This document shows, piece by piece, positions 42,586 to 59,729 of a DNA stretch of 64,000 nucleotides. Origin of the DNA: Eledone cirrhosa. Its lineage: Eukaryota. Below the pieces are notes generated by a model that was not told the origin of the DNA, ran no database searches, and saw nothing but the letters and a program-made list of their open reading frames with translations. Both the position numbers and the translations under genes were made by a program. Within the stretch, counting starts at the first letter, position 1, and every line of letters begins with the position of its first letter. Where the stretch lies: assembly GCA_964016885.1 (NCBI GenBank), contig OZ024749.1, positions 46,438,001-46,502,000 on the forward strand. The letters are read 5' to 3'.

Positions 42586-44232
42586 TGTGTGTGCTTGTGT
42601 GTGTTTGCATAAACGAAAATTTAAATTTCACAGACTAATCTATTAAAACCATCCATGATATACTGAATAACCTAGCATAAAATTGAATTGAAAGTTATGG
42701 AAATATTTAGTTTTATATTTGTTTATTATAATTGAACGAAATCTATGTATACTCTCTTTTATATATAATTTAATGCATTCCTTTTGTGAGAAATGTATTC
42801 AAATAGCTGACGTGAATATTTAAAGCCGAAAATATCACGTGAATTCGAATTATTTTGCTGTGGTGCTAAATCGTTTCTGACAATAATTTTTTATTAGTAT
42901 TTAATATCTTATTTTCAGTGACACACATACATTATAACATTGATCTTTAAAATCTTTCCCATTTAAGAAATTTCGGTAGGTTGTGCACATGATCGATATC
43001 ATGCACGCCTATATAAGCCAACGATGAAAACTATAAGTTGTCATATGACCTATCGAAAATAAAATCACATGTTAGTGCTTTAATGTAAGTCTTTTTATAG
43101 TATATTTCTTTATATACTATATATAGAAATAACGTTGTTTTTTTACGATTAGAACGCATACATTTTCAGGCCTGCCAAATTAGTGTTGCCCTGGGGCTAA
43201 AACACGACAAAATTCTCAACTAGTATATAATAAAGCGAAAAGAATCTGAATGAAAATGATACATAGAAAATTATATACCTCGATGAATAATGTTCGTCAC
43301 CTTAACATCTTTGTCGAGAATCACTCTATAGATCTAATAGCAACTATTTGAACCATTACCACAATATGGCACATTAATACGATAATTCTGTCGTTGATAT
43401 TGGGGTTGTTTAAATCCAGATAATTCCTGATTGAGCAAGTCTATACAAAAAATAATTTTAGCTCTGACCAACCTATTTTCCGAGGCATCTAAGATTTTGT
43501 TATCGACTGTACCCTTTACTTATCAAGGAGAGAAATATGTGATATGCGACGGAGGTCATTTTTATATCTGGCAGTTATAGATACAACCTAATCACAGCTT
43601 ATTTGCTCTGATAATGTAGATATAGTGAATACATATTTGTATTTATTTCAATGGTCCAGGAAGTGAGATGAGGTGAAGATAACCTCTGGATTCTGATCGT
43701 TGAATTTATGCAAAACACGAAGATGACTGTAATTCAATCAGTATCATCAATATCAACAGTAATATGTTTTATTTTAGTGGAGTAATGTTCAATAGACACG
43801 AACACATGGATAATTTAAACAATACAGTGGGATTTCTTGTCAAACATATAAAAAATAAAAGCAATCAGAATAAAGGAAAGTATACGAAAGTATACTAAAG
43901 AAATAAAATATGTTTGCATGAGGCAGGTAATATCTTCCTTTTAAATCATCCAAAGGACTATTTTTAATTCGAAACTAAAACAGAGAGGAATAGGTACGAC
44001 ACTATACAAGGAGCTAATAATATATATGCAGTGTACAACAAATTATATTGCAACAAATATAATACAGTAATCAAAACTAGATAATATATGAGCATTTTGA
44101 TGAACACCAATCTGTTTAAATCATTAACTAGAATAAAGACACTTGAACATCATATACTAAATGCAAGTTAATCACTTCAGCTATATCCGAGATAAGACTT
44201 GTTAGCACAATGATTTTCTATTGTATTAACAA

Positions 44233-44581
44233 CTAGCAGTGGTACCCGGCGTTGCATGGGATAAGGTATTTTGGAACGGCGGGCCACCAACAGACCTACT
44301 CGTAGACAAACTGCATGTGTGGACAATATGTAAAGAAAATAAACCGAATACTCTGATGGCTGGATAATCTTTAAGATTTTCCTCGATGAAACAGGAAAAA
44401 TGCAGGTTTTCACCTAATGCAGGCCCTAGTGGATAAAGAAAATGAATTTTTTTAATGTGCATAATATGCCTTGAAATTTCGGGAAAATCGGCTAGACGTA
44501 ACGCCTCAAAAAAAAGTCCTAAAAAGGAACTTCTCGAGTTTTAGGGATTCAAACTCACACACACACACACACACACAGATA

Positions 44582-44659
<78 letters not shown>

Positions 44660-44740
44660 GACATCCTCAGGGAAGTGACGTAATGCAGACAGTCAGACAT
44701 ACAGACAGATATTATACGGGCGCGACGTTATATGTATGTA
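44233..44740 (-). mobile_element. Probable non-autonomous Helitron carrying (CA)n/(ACAG)n
   Basis: Minus-strand 3' end CCCATGCAACGCCGGG hairpin, 8 nt, then CTAG|T; internal microsatellite as in Lep1-type Helitrons; 5' TC end not clearly located. Confidence 0.6.
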
Positions 44741-46902
44741 TCTATCTAAAAAGAGAAAGACAAAGAATTATAGAGAGAGATATACCTACACAATTTGTCT
44801 TTAGAATATCCACCAAACATTCTGCCTTCTCATTACATGAAAAAAACAAAAACAAAAAAGGAAAGAACTCTCACACTTCATCGGGATTATGCCTTTCACT
44901 TCTAGTTTTCAAGATACTAATCTACAGCTACCAGAAACGCTTCATTATTCATTATTTGGATACGGAAACATGTTATTAGGTAGGTTTGTACCATAAACAC
45001 TGATTCTATAGGGTATGTGTTAGGCTTCTTGCAGAAATTTATGCTTTCCTTTGTTTGTGGAGAAGTTATGGTTTCCATACACGTGTTGCAAATATAGCTA
45101 ATTATGCTGACGTGACTGTTAAAGCATTTTCAGTAACATATTGTCTGGCAGCGTTAGTGTTAGATAACACAAAAACAAGGTTTATGAAAAGATGGTCACC
45201 AACCTATGGGCAATGCACATACATTATATAGCTATTAAAGAAACATATATGAACACTTTATACTACTAAATCCTTCTCTAAACCCATATATCAAAAGAAC
45301 ACTACAATTATGGCTGACAGCATCAGCAGAGAAAATATTTTGGACAACAGATATTTCTGTAAATATCCAGCCTCAAATAATTTTGACATAAATCTTGTGA
45401 CCTATGATCAAAAAATAAATTACTTCGAAAATAACCAATTACGCAACAATCTTCACCGAACCGACTAAACCAACATATATGCACAGGTATCTAATAGCGC
45501 TTCACGTCAGATATACTTCGCTCTTTCCTTTTTCAAAAGAGCTACTCTACTACTATCATTCCCATTATATATTTTTATATTTTTCTTTTGTACTACCATC
45601 TTCCCGAACGCCATCTCTCTTTTTCATGGAAGTTAATATCCCATAATGACATTAACTTATTCGTTTCCCTTCAACTTTAAAAAAAATCAATGCGTTTTTC
45701 CAATATGTCAATGAGGGAATTATAAATTACGTACATATACTGTTGGCCAGTAATTACCTTCAGGAGTCAAAATATTTTGCATTTGTGTATTCTAGCTCGA
45801 TAGTTCAGTTGCAGTAAGAACCAGTAACATTAATTTGAACGTGGCATTTACAAACTCGTTGTTAACTTTTCTTTGCTGAGTCGGCTTTTTATAGAAAGAT
45901 GATGTTAGAAATTTTAAAACTTTCATCAGTTGTTGCTTTTTAACGCTTTAGCATTTAAACCAGCCATATAAGGTCATAAATCTCTCGCCTCTTTCTGTTA
46001 AAACCAGCTGTACCTGGCTGATCATAATTATGTTATTATTCTCAAAATAAACAATATCAAAATTTCGTAGATTCGATATTATGTGAGATAATTATATGAA
46101 ATAAATCCGTTACTGCGAAAATACAATAGTAAAGATAGAGTAATATAAATATTAAAGGGATAAGAGTATGTTATTTCTGATTGCGTAGAAATATGATAAC
46201 ATCTAAGCCACGTTTTCTACAGGAGAATGTGTAGTTTGAGAGGCATTTGGCTGCTATTTTGTGCTGCTTGATCGACCGCACAGAAGCTCTCTTTTAATGA
46301 TTGGTTACTGCCACATCATACCTTATTGAACAATCTTTTAATCAGATGCGATTTATCCAACAAGATCCTGTTCTTTTCTCAGGCAATATGAAATGTGAAT
46401 AATAAAACATAATATAAAACCTATCCTTACTTTTATAACGAAAGTATACAACCCCTCACATACATGCACGATGCGCACATTAACACACACACGCACACAC
46501 ACACACACACACATATATATACTACAGACATACGTGCATGCATATATATATGTACACACATACATAAATATACATTATGTATATAGTAGATTATCTTAAT
46601 ATTATGATTACGAATACCGGTCAGACATCCACACACACAAAATTCTGAATATGTGCAGCACTATAGAAATGTATGTATAAAAAGTGCAGTTGTCTCTTGC
46701 AATGGATTAAGACTTCGTAGCATATGCCATGGTAAGGGTTTAGGCACTCATGCAGTCGTGAGCAGACTCCTGCACCATATATGTATGCATATATATTTAT
46801 CTACATCTCCCTTCTCCACTCAATACACACATAGACACATTTTTATATACATAAACACAGACACGCAGGGAAACACACACACACATGTATATATTTATAT
46901 AT

Positions 46903-46994
<92 letters not shown>

Positions 46995-47656
46995 TGAAGG
47001 AGAGAAATAGAGAGAGAAGACGAGAGAGAAAGATACATAAAACGATATATGTAGCGATATACAAAACGAAAATGTATAATATATATATTCAAGGAATTTG
47101 CAAAAAATAGATCAGTAAGTACAAAAACACATAAACATTTAAATTACTAAATTACAGCAAAAATATTATTTGATACCGCAAATCCTGAAAACTGGAAATT
47201 GCATTGTTGAAAGAGGACATAAAATTGAAGTCTCTAAAAAAGTTTGGAAATATATAAATTATAAATAAAAATACAACATAGACTTTTGGAATAATGTTAA
47301 TACGGGATTTCACTTCTTTTGTTAATGTTTGCCCAGCGTCAAGAGGTATTGTAAAGTATTCCTGAAGAAAGCTAAGACTTTTTCTCATTTCTCAAGCTAA
47401 ATATTTGCATGTACATGTGTGGTTGTATGTATATGAGTGTGATTGAGTATTTGTGTATGTATATGGGTATGTATATGTGTATGTATGTATGTGTATGTAT
47501 GTGTGGTAGCTTGATATGTGCGTATGCACACGTTATTGTAAATATATCGTATGAATATACTTAAACAATTGCTATAGATATAGTGAGCCTGATGTAAGTA
47601 TACGTATATATATATAAATCTATGTACATACACACACACATACACATACACACACA

Positions 47657-47700
<44 letters not shown>

Positions 47701-48604
47701 TATATATATATATTTATATATATATATTTGTACATACATAACATTATATATAATTGTATGCATATGTATACACACACTCTCCTACACATATGTATATACA
47801 TATGAGCGTGTATATGTGTGTATCTGCATGCATGAGATTTTTTTGTGTATGAGGTTTTGTACTTAAATAAATGTTTTTTTTACATTATGTATATTTTTTT
47901 TCTTTCGTTGTGTGTAGGTTGGCTCAGTGTATCTGTGGAATAATATGGTAAAATCCAGGCATTGATTTATGTGGTCAGTAAACAACCGAGTTTATGAATG
48001 ATGATGTCGCTATAGCAACAGATTCGGAGCACAAAGATAATAAAATCTAGAGGAAAAAATACATATATTTAGAGAATAAACATTAGGTAAAAAGTACATA
48101 ATGAAAGAGCCAAGAATACTTGTAAGTAAGCGAGGGGGAGAAAAGGAAAGAGAAAAAGAGTGATAGAGAAACACGAAAGTGAGAGAAAGATGATGGAGAG
48201 AAAAAGACACACGGTGTGAGTGAGTGAGAGAGAGAGATAAAAAGAGAGCGACAGTGAGAATAGTAAAAATGCTATATATGAAAGTAAAAGAGACAATATA
48301 ATATTAAGTAATAGTAAAAATAACAAATAATAAAACATACTGCAGATCTATCGTTATATGGCTATATGGCTGGGTACATGACATATATAGAAATGAGAAT
48401 ATTTAAGAACAGACTTTATATATATATATATTTGTATGTATGTATGTATATATATATATGTATATTTATTTATATACATATATATATATATATAAATATA
48501 CATATATATACATATATATAATACATCCATATAAATATATATATATGTATGTATATATATATATGTATATATATATATACATATATAAATAAATATACAT
48601 ATAC

Positions 48605-48643
<39 letters not shown>

Positions 48644-48653
48644 CATATATGTA

Positions 48654-48689
<36 letters not shown>

Positions 48690-48738
48690 CATATATATAT
48701 GTATACATATATATATATATATATACATATATACATGA

Positions 48739-48793
<55 letters not shown>

Positions 48794-48796
<3 letters not shown>

Positions 48797-49034
48797 AGGT
48801 TGGCTGGACATGCTCACCGACATCCAGAGTTGACATTGCACTCAGTGCTACTTTGGGAGCCCCTACATGGACACACTATAAGAGGAAGACCAAGGTTAAC
48901 ATATGTTGATGCCCTAAGGACAGACACTGGTCTGTTGGAGATGCAGGATATGGCAGCGATAATGAGGGACAGAGACCGCTGGAGAGAACTCGTCCATGGA
49001 TCTCGGGAATTTTACCCGCCTTAGATAGATAGAT
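48794..49034 (+). mobile_element. RTE-clade LINE 3' fragment
   Basis: RLAGH..RHPE....LLWEP..G...RGRP..TY.D.L..D.G........DR..WR is a typical RTE ORF C-terminus; (TAGA)n tail; 5' end in (TA)n. Confidence 0.85.
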
Positions 49035-51109
49035 ATGTGTGTGTGTGCGTGTGTATGTATGTGTGTGTGTGTATGTGTGAGGCAATTGATATGACTTGAC
49101 TTTGTATGTTGAAAACAATGCTCTAAGTTCTATATCTGTATTACTCTGCTCTGTGCATTGTTTCTCCAGGCAGTTTACATATTCAATTCTAGCTCTTCCA
49201 ATATTATATAAGTATTTGTGATATAATATATTCCCAAACTTCCGAGTTGACTGCTCACTTCCTCCTGCAAGTTGTTTGAATGTAAGGCGTATATAGTAGG
49301 CCTTCAAATTAAGACTGGCCCTGTCCTCCATTGTTTTGAGTAAGACATTTCTTTTGTCTGATAGTAAGAAATCTATTTCTACAGGAATCCATATCTTGAA
49401 GATGCCAAGATTTTGAGATTTCCTACAGCATTATCGATCACCAACAACTCTATTCGTTTAGGTTCATGATCTTCTCAATATCGTTTTATTTTTGTAGTAA
49501 AATCTGAAACAAACCTCACTGAAAACACTTTTTATTTTCACCGATGCCTAAAATTGTTAGATCCTTGTACGCAATGCCTTATGATATCGTTCATTAACGT
49601 TTATAGTTCAGAAAGTATTTTCGATTCTTGTCTATTACTTATATTGCCTAAAGTTTTCAACATTGCAATTTTCAGTTTGTATATCTTTTGTATTATATCG
49701 TATATATTTTGATAAAATATCTTCCACTTACGAACAACTATCAATTTACTTACCTATATATGTACTAACATTCTCTGCCATTGGGCCTATACTAGAAACC
49801 AATATTACCATACACAATTTACTGAAAAGCACCTATGGTGAAAAATGATTGAATAAACGTAGTTATCATTATGATTTCTGATTTACCATAATGCATTCTT
49901 ATTAATAAATTAATGAAGTTCAACCACCTGCTGTGCGTTAACTAGAAAATCTGTTTGTAAATTTGTATTCTTTAGGATCGATTTACAATGGGTGATCATA
50001 CGTAAACTAGAATTTACGACAATGATATGAAACAAGAGTCCGACAATACATGCTGTGGTGAAGAATACAAGGTGGAATTATGTCGGTGTTTTAAGGTTGA
50101 AAAGATCAGAAAAGTTGATTAATTTCCTTTTGTTTTCCTGTTTATTTTAGGTTTCTTCGTCTCAATTACATGAATTTAATCTTCTTGATATGTGGTATGG
50201 CTTTTCAATGACAGAACAGCGAGGGAATCTGTATCAAGATCGAATGATGCTTTAATCCTAAATGATAACAAAGGCTGTGTTAAAACAAAAGGCCTTACTA
50301 CAATACAATTGCGTAAGGCTTTTAAAGCGCGTTTAGAAACGTTGTTATTCATAATACATTTAAACAAAATAGATGGAAGAGTGCTTCTGGTACCGGTTTA
50401 ACTCAATGTCCATACAGATAATTAATTTTATGTTCAGTTTCACATTCACGTTCACGTCGTTTATTCTTATTTCACAGATTTATTTCTAGCATTCTCGATA
50501 CTAGTGTTCCTGTAACAATTTTTAACTATATACTTTACAATATTTAATTTTGAAAATATTGCAGCTGTCAGGTATACGCGGTTCGATATCTGTAGCCATG
50601 TCTGGTCAGCATTTTACAGGCTTTAATATATGAAATATTTGGTTGCTAAAGATTGTGTAATTATAGTCCTGTTTATATTTTTCTTCTCCTATTATCAGAA
50701 GGTCGAACAAACAGGTTTCTGAAAAGCTGACTAGCAGTAGAAATGTCTTATGTCAAGTAAAAGGATCTGCCCAGATATATAAAAGAATAGATATTGGACA
50801 TAATGTGTGTAATAATAATGAACCACATGCCTCACGAGATGGAATGGCTAGGTCCAGCGGGGAAAGGCTTTCTCCATTCTGTCCACCGGGGCCGTGGGGC
50901 GGCCAGCACGTGGGAACCCATTTGCTTATAATAGAGAGAGATTGACAGGGTAAGAAGCTGGAGGCTATGACAGTGGGAGTTAGGCCCTTCTGTGTTCGGT
51001 CCTGGTGTGCAGCGTCAGTTGTAAGTGAAATACTATTTTTTATGCTTTTTGGTGGTTTTTTGTAATGTAAATTAGTTGCTCTGGCTGTGGAGTAATTTCT
51101 ATAATAACA

Positions 51110-51375
51110 ATAATAATTGTATCTACTTTTGGTACAAGGCCAGCAATAATCCAGTGCATTACTGGTACTTTAAACAATAATAAATGGTTTCTGATTTCGG
51201 CACTAGGTCAACAAATATTGGGGAGGGGAAATTCGATTACATCGACCGGGGCTTTACTTAATTGATCTCATAATGATGAAAGGCAAAGTAGACCTTAGCG
51301 GGATTTGAACTTGTGGAGTAAAAAACCGGAATAAATGCTGCAAAGCATTTTCTCTGACACTTTAATGATTCAGCC
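51110..51375 (-). mobile_element. Nested, diverged SINE fragments
   Basis: 3' end fragment 51110-51172 followed by an older copy (gatgaaaggcaaagtagacct..ggatttgaact). Confidence 0.7.
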
Positions 51376-51591
51376 ATATGCTGGTGTATACGTCATAACA
51401 ACACAAGAGAACTGCGGATCAACGTTAACCGTGTAAGGTAAATAGATAAACGCAACATGAAAGAATATGAAAATGAATGATGCGTGGATAAATATTTGCA
51501 TAACATTGTTTGTACAATAGAAATATGTACGTTGAATAGGAAGTGAAGAATTTGACGTTTCGAGTGCAACATTTTATCGAAGTAAACTAAT

Positions 51592-51774
51592 AATTATTTC
51601 TACTTTTGGCGACACAAGGCCAACAATTAACCAGTGCATTACTGGTACTTTATTTTATCGACCCCGTAAGGATGAAAGGCAAACTTAACCTCGGCGGGAT
51701 TTGGACTCAGATCATAGAGGGAGATAACTCTATGCTTCAAAGCATGGCGTCCGACTCTCTACCGATACTGCCAA
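51592..51774 (-). mobile_element. tRNA-derived SINE
   Basis: Family consensus on the minus strand. Confidence 0.9.
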
Positions 51775-51872
51775 TAAGATATTAAGCAATAAAAAAGTCA
51801 TAAGGACGGCATAAATTTGAAGAATACGGGACACTTTCTATCTGTCTCTCTATATATGTATATATGTATGTA

Positions 51873-51907
<35 letters not shown>

Positions 51908-52113
51908 TTATATATATGTGTATATATATATATATATTTAAAGGTTAAGCAAGATTCCATGAATAAATCAAGGAATTAGTTTTACAATAGAATGGAAGCA
52001 CTCAACAGTGAATGTTTTTGAATGAATATATATATATATATATATACATATATATTTATATATAGGTACATATTTATATATATATATGTATATGTATATA
52101 TACATACATATAC

Positions 52114-52162
<49 letters not shown>

Positions 52163-52231
52163 AACATATATATATATATATGTAACTGTTTGTGTGTGAG
52201 TGTGTGTGTGTATGTGTGTGTCTGTCTGTGT

Positions 52232-52284
<53 letters not shown>

Positions 52285-52657
52285 GCGGAGACATCACTTG
52301 GCAGTCTATAGACGGACAGAAATAAACAAGAGGTATAATAGTATAAAAGACTAGTTTGTCCGATGTATGGAAATATTTTTGTAAACAAACAGACAAAGAT
52401 ACATAAATAATTCAAACGCAAAATATTCTGTGTAGATATAAACAAACGTCTTACAAACAAATCTACAAGTAGAAAAATACAGAGATAAATACTTGAACAC
52501 TCACTAAAATATGATCGTAGGTATGTAGGTAGCAATACGTGTGTGCATGTATACACACCGAAACACACACACACGAGCGCGAGCACACAAAAGCTAAAGT
52601 ACGCACATATACTTATATATATATTTAAGTATACACAGGCATATACACTTTGTGTTA

Positions 52658-52790
<133 letters not shown>

Positions 52791-53054
52791 ATATAAATAT
52801 ATTTGTATATATATATATATGTATATATATATACATATATATACATATATATACATATATATAGATATATATACATATATAATACATATATGTATATATA
52901 TATATATATGTTTATATATATATGTATATATATATATATATGTATATATATACAAAGAGAAATATAGAGTGGGAGAGGAAGAGGAAGAAGGAGATAATAG
53001 ATATACATAAGTAGTTGCATATATACACATATATATAGTTGCATATATATATAT

Positions 53055-53297
<243 letters not shown>

Positions 53298-53929
53298 CTG
53301 ATAGATTGGTACATCAGAAGAAGGAGAAATGTATAAGTAATTGACAGCCAGAAGAAAAGTTTAGTGCTAATATGTCGGACATCATTTACGAGATTATCAG
53401 ATTAGTCTCTACTTATCTCATCAGTTTTAGTGATCAATGTCACAGGTACTGTCAAACTAAATGCCAGACGTTTTTTTCTTAATGTTTTCAGCCTCAGATA
53501 TATTATAATGACGATTTTCTTTCGACAACATTCATATTTCTTATCATATATGTAGTAAAACAAAAAACAAAAAAAACAAAATTCCAAGTACGTTACTTTA
53601 TCCATGCAAATGCGAGCACTCATTTACACGCACATGCAGACACACAAACACTACTACAAACACACACACATATATATATATATATCGGTTTGTCATGTTA
53701 AATATTCATCACTCTTTCTATCATTCGCTCGACATAGAGACACACAGCAATACAGCTAAGAACCCCGCCCCACACACTGATAGCAATATAATGAAATATA
53801 TTGCATAGGATCTTTACTATATATATATATATATATATATATAGGGAGAGGGAGAGAGAGAGAGATTGATAAACTGAAGCATCTCTATTCACAGTTACAT
53901 ATATGTATAAACCTATACACACACACACC

Positions 53930-54016
<87 letters not shown>

Positions 54017-55684
54017 CCACCACCAATAATTGCTCACATTTTAAATCTGCAATTGTTATTGAGAGATTTATTTATGAATGTATAGAGTACACAAGTGCAC
54101 TACAACAGCAAAATGAACGAACACACAAACATTCTCAATCTCCACACCAGACATAAATATTATAGTGACCATTCTGCTTATCTAGGTAATCTATGTACTA
54201 GATGATTATCATTCTATAGACGAGGAGTTGTCTAGAAAACGCAATTCTGCTTTACATTTCATCATATTGGGAAGGCATTTTAGAGTATGTAATTTACCTG
54301 CCTCGCTTAACCTGATCATTATATAGTATGGTGACCATTTGTAGGAACTTTTGTAGAGAGTGGTCAGCATCTTAGTCGTTCCATGATCTCCCTTTCCGTT
54401 TCAACATACTTCGAGCTTTGTTAAAGAGTACAAATTGTGTACTCTTTATGTACACTTATGTTAGTCTTCACATCTTTTCTGGAATGCCTTGAGACTCAAC
54501 ACCACACGTGCGATGCTTCTAACACGGAAACCATATTAGTTCTATTGGTTACTGTTATGCAATATACGACAATATGTTGTTTTGGATATTCTTTTGGGGA
54601 ATCTTGCAATAAGGTGCAGAATTATTCTCCGGCCTGCGGAACTCGGGCGTTTCCCTTTGCTCTTGTACAGGGTGATAGTGACGATATATTTTGTATTGGG
54701 TGTGCTTTTGTCAGCACAGCCAACAAGAAAAGCAAGAAGTTTAGTGTGTAATGCTGATCCACCATTTCCATTCTTTTGTAATATTACTTTAAAGTCTACA
54801 TCGTCTTCACTTTTCAGCTAGGGCTCATGTCATATCTAGTTCTTTTTTCTAGAGTTGTTAAATGCGATAGATGGCTGGGACATAATACTTGTGGGAGGTT
54901 CTAAAACGGTTCTGGAAACTTTGTTACTGTCAGTTGAGAATTGATTGTCTCCCTTTGAGTATCACTTCTCAATCTGCACTGAACAAGGTGCACTGAAATA
55001 TACACATCCCAAAGTGCCTCTCAGCAAACACCGATGTCTGTGGGAAACTAAGTTCTCATGGTATGATTGGTCTACCAAATGATCTGAGACATCCGATCCT
55101 AGGCTGGGGAATTCTAGGATAGTTTTAGGGACTTCAACATGGTGGCTTTATATACATACATGTAGGTACTCATAAACATAAACGTATATACGCTTACATA
55201 CGAGACACACGCAGTATGTACATATCCGCAGCCGGTCAGATATATCCAATCGCGAGACTATTGTGAGTGGAAGAAGAAAATGAACCGTGATTATGAAGAG
55301 GAAATCAATATAAAATTCAATGAATACAAATAGACAGAGCGATATGAAATGTAAGTGGCAATGAAGTGAAACAAGGAGAAATAATTAGTCTGAAGAGAAT
55401 CTTAAATATTATAAAAATCTAATGCATATATGTGTTAGCTTTGGTTTTCATATAAGATATCGAAGAATAAGAAAACAACAATATGACAAGGAAAGAAAGG
55501 AGGATATTATAACAGAAATTGTAAACCATTCATAAGACTTATTCAAATATCTCTTATTTAAGGTAAATAGTATATACAATATAGTTCTTCTGGGAAGGTT
55601 TGTTTGACATTTCCATCAGCAAAACATATACACATAGATGCAAAATTTACATTCTTGTATGAATGTAAATAATTCATTCATATA

Positions 55685-55733
<49 letters not shown>

Positions 55734-56425
55734 TAAACACACACACATATATATATATAAATATCAAAATATAATATAATATAATCGATATATTATATAA
55801 ATAATATATATATCTATATATTTATATGATATATATTACATATCTTAAATATTATATATAAACAACAGACGATTACATAAATCTTAGAATTTGGCCCATA
55901 ATTTGTTACCATATTTTAAACCATTACGTGTATTATTTTGCCTCCATTTAAACTATCTATCTATGAATTAGTGTGTATTTCATTCAGCTTAATTTGCTTT
56001 CACGTATGCATGAGTTAAGTGCTAACGTGATTCTTCTTAATTAAACCTTTTCATTGTTGAAACATTTCTTCTTTAAATTTACATCCTGCTGATTTTCTTA
56101 ATCTAATAATCCTCAATAAACAATTAAAGATCCTTTTATTTATGGATTTATATATATTTTAGAATTTATCTATTGCCACTTATTTAACTATTTTTAAAAA
56201 TTGATTTTATTTTCAATGTTTATATATCTTTCTATCATTGCAATGCGACTTTTTTTTCACTATCTTTGTCTTTTGCAAATGACAAATAACAACTGCTTTT
56301 TCATCTGGACTATGCTAATTTTCTCAAATATCCTGTAATTCAGAATTTAATGACCAATTTCTGGAGGCAAATTTAAGCATGTTGTTTTAGATCAGAGATA
56401 GATAGATTGATAGATAGAGAGAGAG

Positions 56426-56500
<75 letters not shown>

Positions 56501-56524
56501 GAGGCAAAGAGGGTTAGTGTGTGC

Positions 56525-56558
<34 letters not shown>

Positions 56559-56726
56559 AAGAGAGATGGAGAGTGGGATGGAGAGAGAGACGGAGAGAGA
56601 GAAGAGAGAGAAATGGAGAGAGATGGAGAGATAGAGAAAAGGATTGAGAGAAATTCAGAAATAGAGAAAGGGATGAGAGGAAGTAGCTAGATAGTTAGAT
56701 AGTTAGATAGATAGTTAGATCGATAT

Positions 56727-56813
<87 letters not shown>

Positions 56814-57177
56814 TAGATAGATAGATATATATAGATATATAAATAGATAGATAGATAGATTATAACTATAGGTGACTAAAATATATATCTACCTTTCTTA
56901 CATTTTTCCTACATTTAGTTTCTATGTTGTAATCAAATTGAGGGACTTAGTTTCATACAATATCCCTGTTGCAGATCACGTAAAAAGAGAAATAATAAGA
57001 TGTCATAAAAGAAAGGAAGGAATTAGCATTGGATTGAATTGCGCAATTACTTCACCTGCCAATGCCATGGCAATCGTTCAAATTTAAAATGAGGTGGCAT
57101 AGAAATTCTTACGCGAGTCATGTTTATGTTTCAGTCGATACAGTCACTTCACCTGATTTAAAACAACGTATTAAATC

Positions 57178-57278
<101 letters not shown>

Positions 57279-59176
57279 TGTAAGAAATTGACTCACCTCC
57301 ACTGATAAGAACAAACTAAAAGGCAAGAAAAGAAAGATATTTGAACACTTTCTTGCGGCTGATAGTTTTGGCTATCTTATATTCACTTGGCTAACATTTT
57401 TCTTTCTACCTTGTATACCAGAATCGTAGGTATAAACCCATAAACAGGCCCTCTCCGAGCCTACTAATTAATACTCACTATTGATATAGAATGAATTCCA
57501 AATTAAGCAAGAATACATTAGTTTTGAGGAGGGAAAATACGTTTATACCTACTCCAGTATTTGAGTTCTACTTTAGTTTTTCAAGCACAGTGGGATAACA
57601 TGAAACGTTAACATAAACTTGTCATGTAATTAACATTCCTAGTTGTAGTATTTCATATTTAACTAGCTGGTTCTCAGATGTCATGTCAACCTCTATAACA
57701 CTCGACAAATCATTCATCTTGAAATGATATCACAATGACCTACTAATTTGCATAGGATCTTTACTATACACAAAATCTCTCATAAACGTCATCTAATCAA
57801 CCGTCTTCATGCTTTTACATTAAACAGGAATAATTAATTCTGTGTTTATATTTTATAAATGCAATGACGTCTGGTGTATTAAAACATTGTCGATATGACG
57901 TAGGAAGAAATTACTGAAGTCTTTGAGAAAAACACACAAAAATCATATATATATGTATACGTCATACACTTTTCACCTCTTTATCGAATAAAATATGTGT
58001 TTGTGGATAAATACACGTTAAGAATCTAATTAAAAAACTTCCGAAAACAATTTTTCTGACCTTTCCAAAATATTCCAATTATATTGTGCACTTGATGACA
58101 TTTATGGTGAGATTTTTAATATTAATCATTTTTTATTAGTATCATCATTAACATCATCACCACCACGATCATCATCATCATCATTCTCAACATTAGCATC
58201 ATCATCAACTTCACTATATTCATTGTCAGTATATTCGTTTTCTTCTCTAACCACCCCGATCATAATCATGAGCATGATAGTGATCATCACTAATGCCATC
58301 CTCAAATTATGTAATTAAATCAAATACGTAGCGTAGGTTTTGATAAACGAAAACAATATAAATATCATCATGAAAATCATCATACTTAGAATGCTAATCA
58401 ACAAAATCATGCTCAACATTACAACACATTTTCATCCTCATCACCATCGCATCATCATCATTACCGTTATTGTGTTCGTCATCATCACCGTCGCCAACTT
58501 CATTATTGAGAAGAACAAATATAACAGCAACTGCAACAACTCAAAGTTACAACTACAACATAAAACATGAAATATATTATATATAATTACATATAATTGA
58601 AAATAAATTGAATAAAATCTATGTGGAATTGAAGCAGAACAGTACAGAAAGCTGAGCGAAAGATTACACATTATATAGCCACATTACAGCATCAGTCAAA
58701 ATGTATCGTTTTATGCATTCGATGTTTGGGAATTCATTTTCTGTTACATAAACGAGAGTTAGTCGGTCGCAGGAACTGATACCAGAGTAACGACTTCTAC
58801 TACACTTGATGTGCCAGTATGTTAATTGTGTTACTTAAAACACTGGTCTCTTTTACTATGTCATTAACACATTGTTTGGACTGAATGATGACGTCGATAA
58901 AAACTGGAGATCAAAGATGTAATATCTTAAAGGAAAAAAAATGTCAGGATGTCATTACGCTCCAACGAATAAAAATGTTTGACTTGGAGTCGATAGTAAA
59001 GTCTTTTCGACCAGATAATCAATATTCCTGAAAGTTCTTTTCATTCTTTGTCTATAAGCTTTCGATAACCTTTCAACTTAGAATATAACAGAATAACAAG
59101 CAATATTGTTGCCCAAAGAAAATAAATATATAGAAGTGAAAAATAGTTAAATATAAAACCTAAACTCGTATATACA

Positions 59177-59208
<32 letters not shown>

Positions 59209-59238
59209 AATATATATATATATACATACATATATACT

Positions 59239-59294
<56 letters not shown>

Positions 59295-59691
59295 ACATAC
59301 ATACATATATATATAGGTACGCACGCACACGGCCTCTTTCTCCTTCTCTACACACACGCACACACACAAACACACACATATATAAATATATATGTAAATA
59401 TATATGAATAAATGAAAGTGAAATTTGTGATTCGGTTAATGTTGTTTTTATATATAATCTTATCCATGTCAGAAGTTCAAACTTTCTCATTCAAGTGTGA
59501 ATTAAAATACACTGTAACTTCTAAATTGCAAATAATTCCCTTAGCCCACAGATATGTTCAATAGTTTGCTAAAATTTGGTACATATACATTATGATACCC
59601 ACATAGATATATATAATGAATTTCTGCATATATATATATAGTAATAATAAATGTGAAGACTTTGCTTAAAGTTTAATCTTTTCATATAATA

Positions 59692-59729
<38 letters not shown>

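Noticed and set aside
50840-50925. HDV-like ribozyme reading (TCCCCGCT loop on the minus strand)
   Set aside because: P3 is mismatched and no P1 partner lies upstream.
54400-55140. Higher-complexity segment with short ORFs (54437-54751), possibly decayed TE coding sequence
   Set aside because: No recognisable protein motif in the frames examined; needs BLASTX/HMM search.
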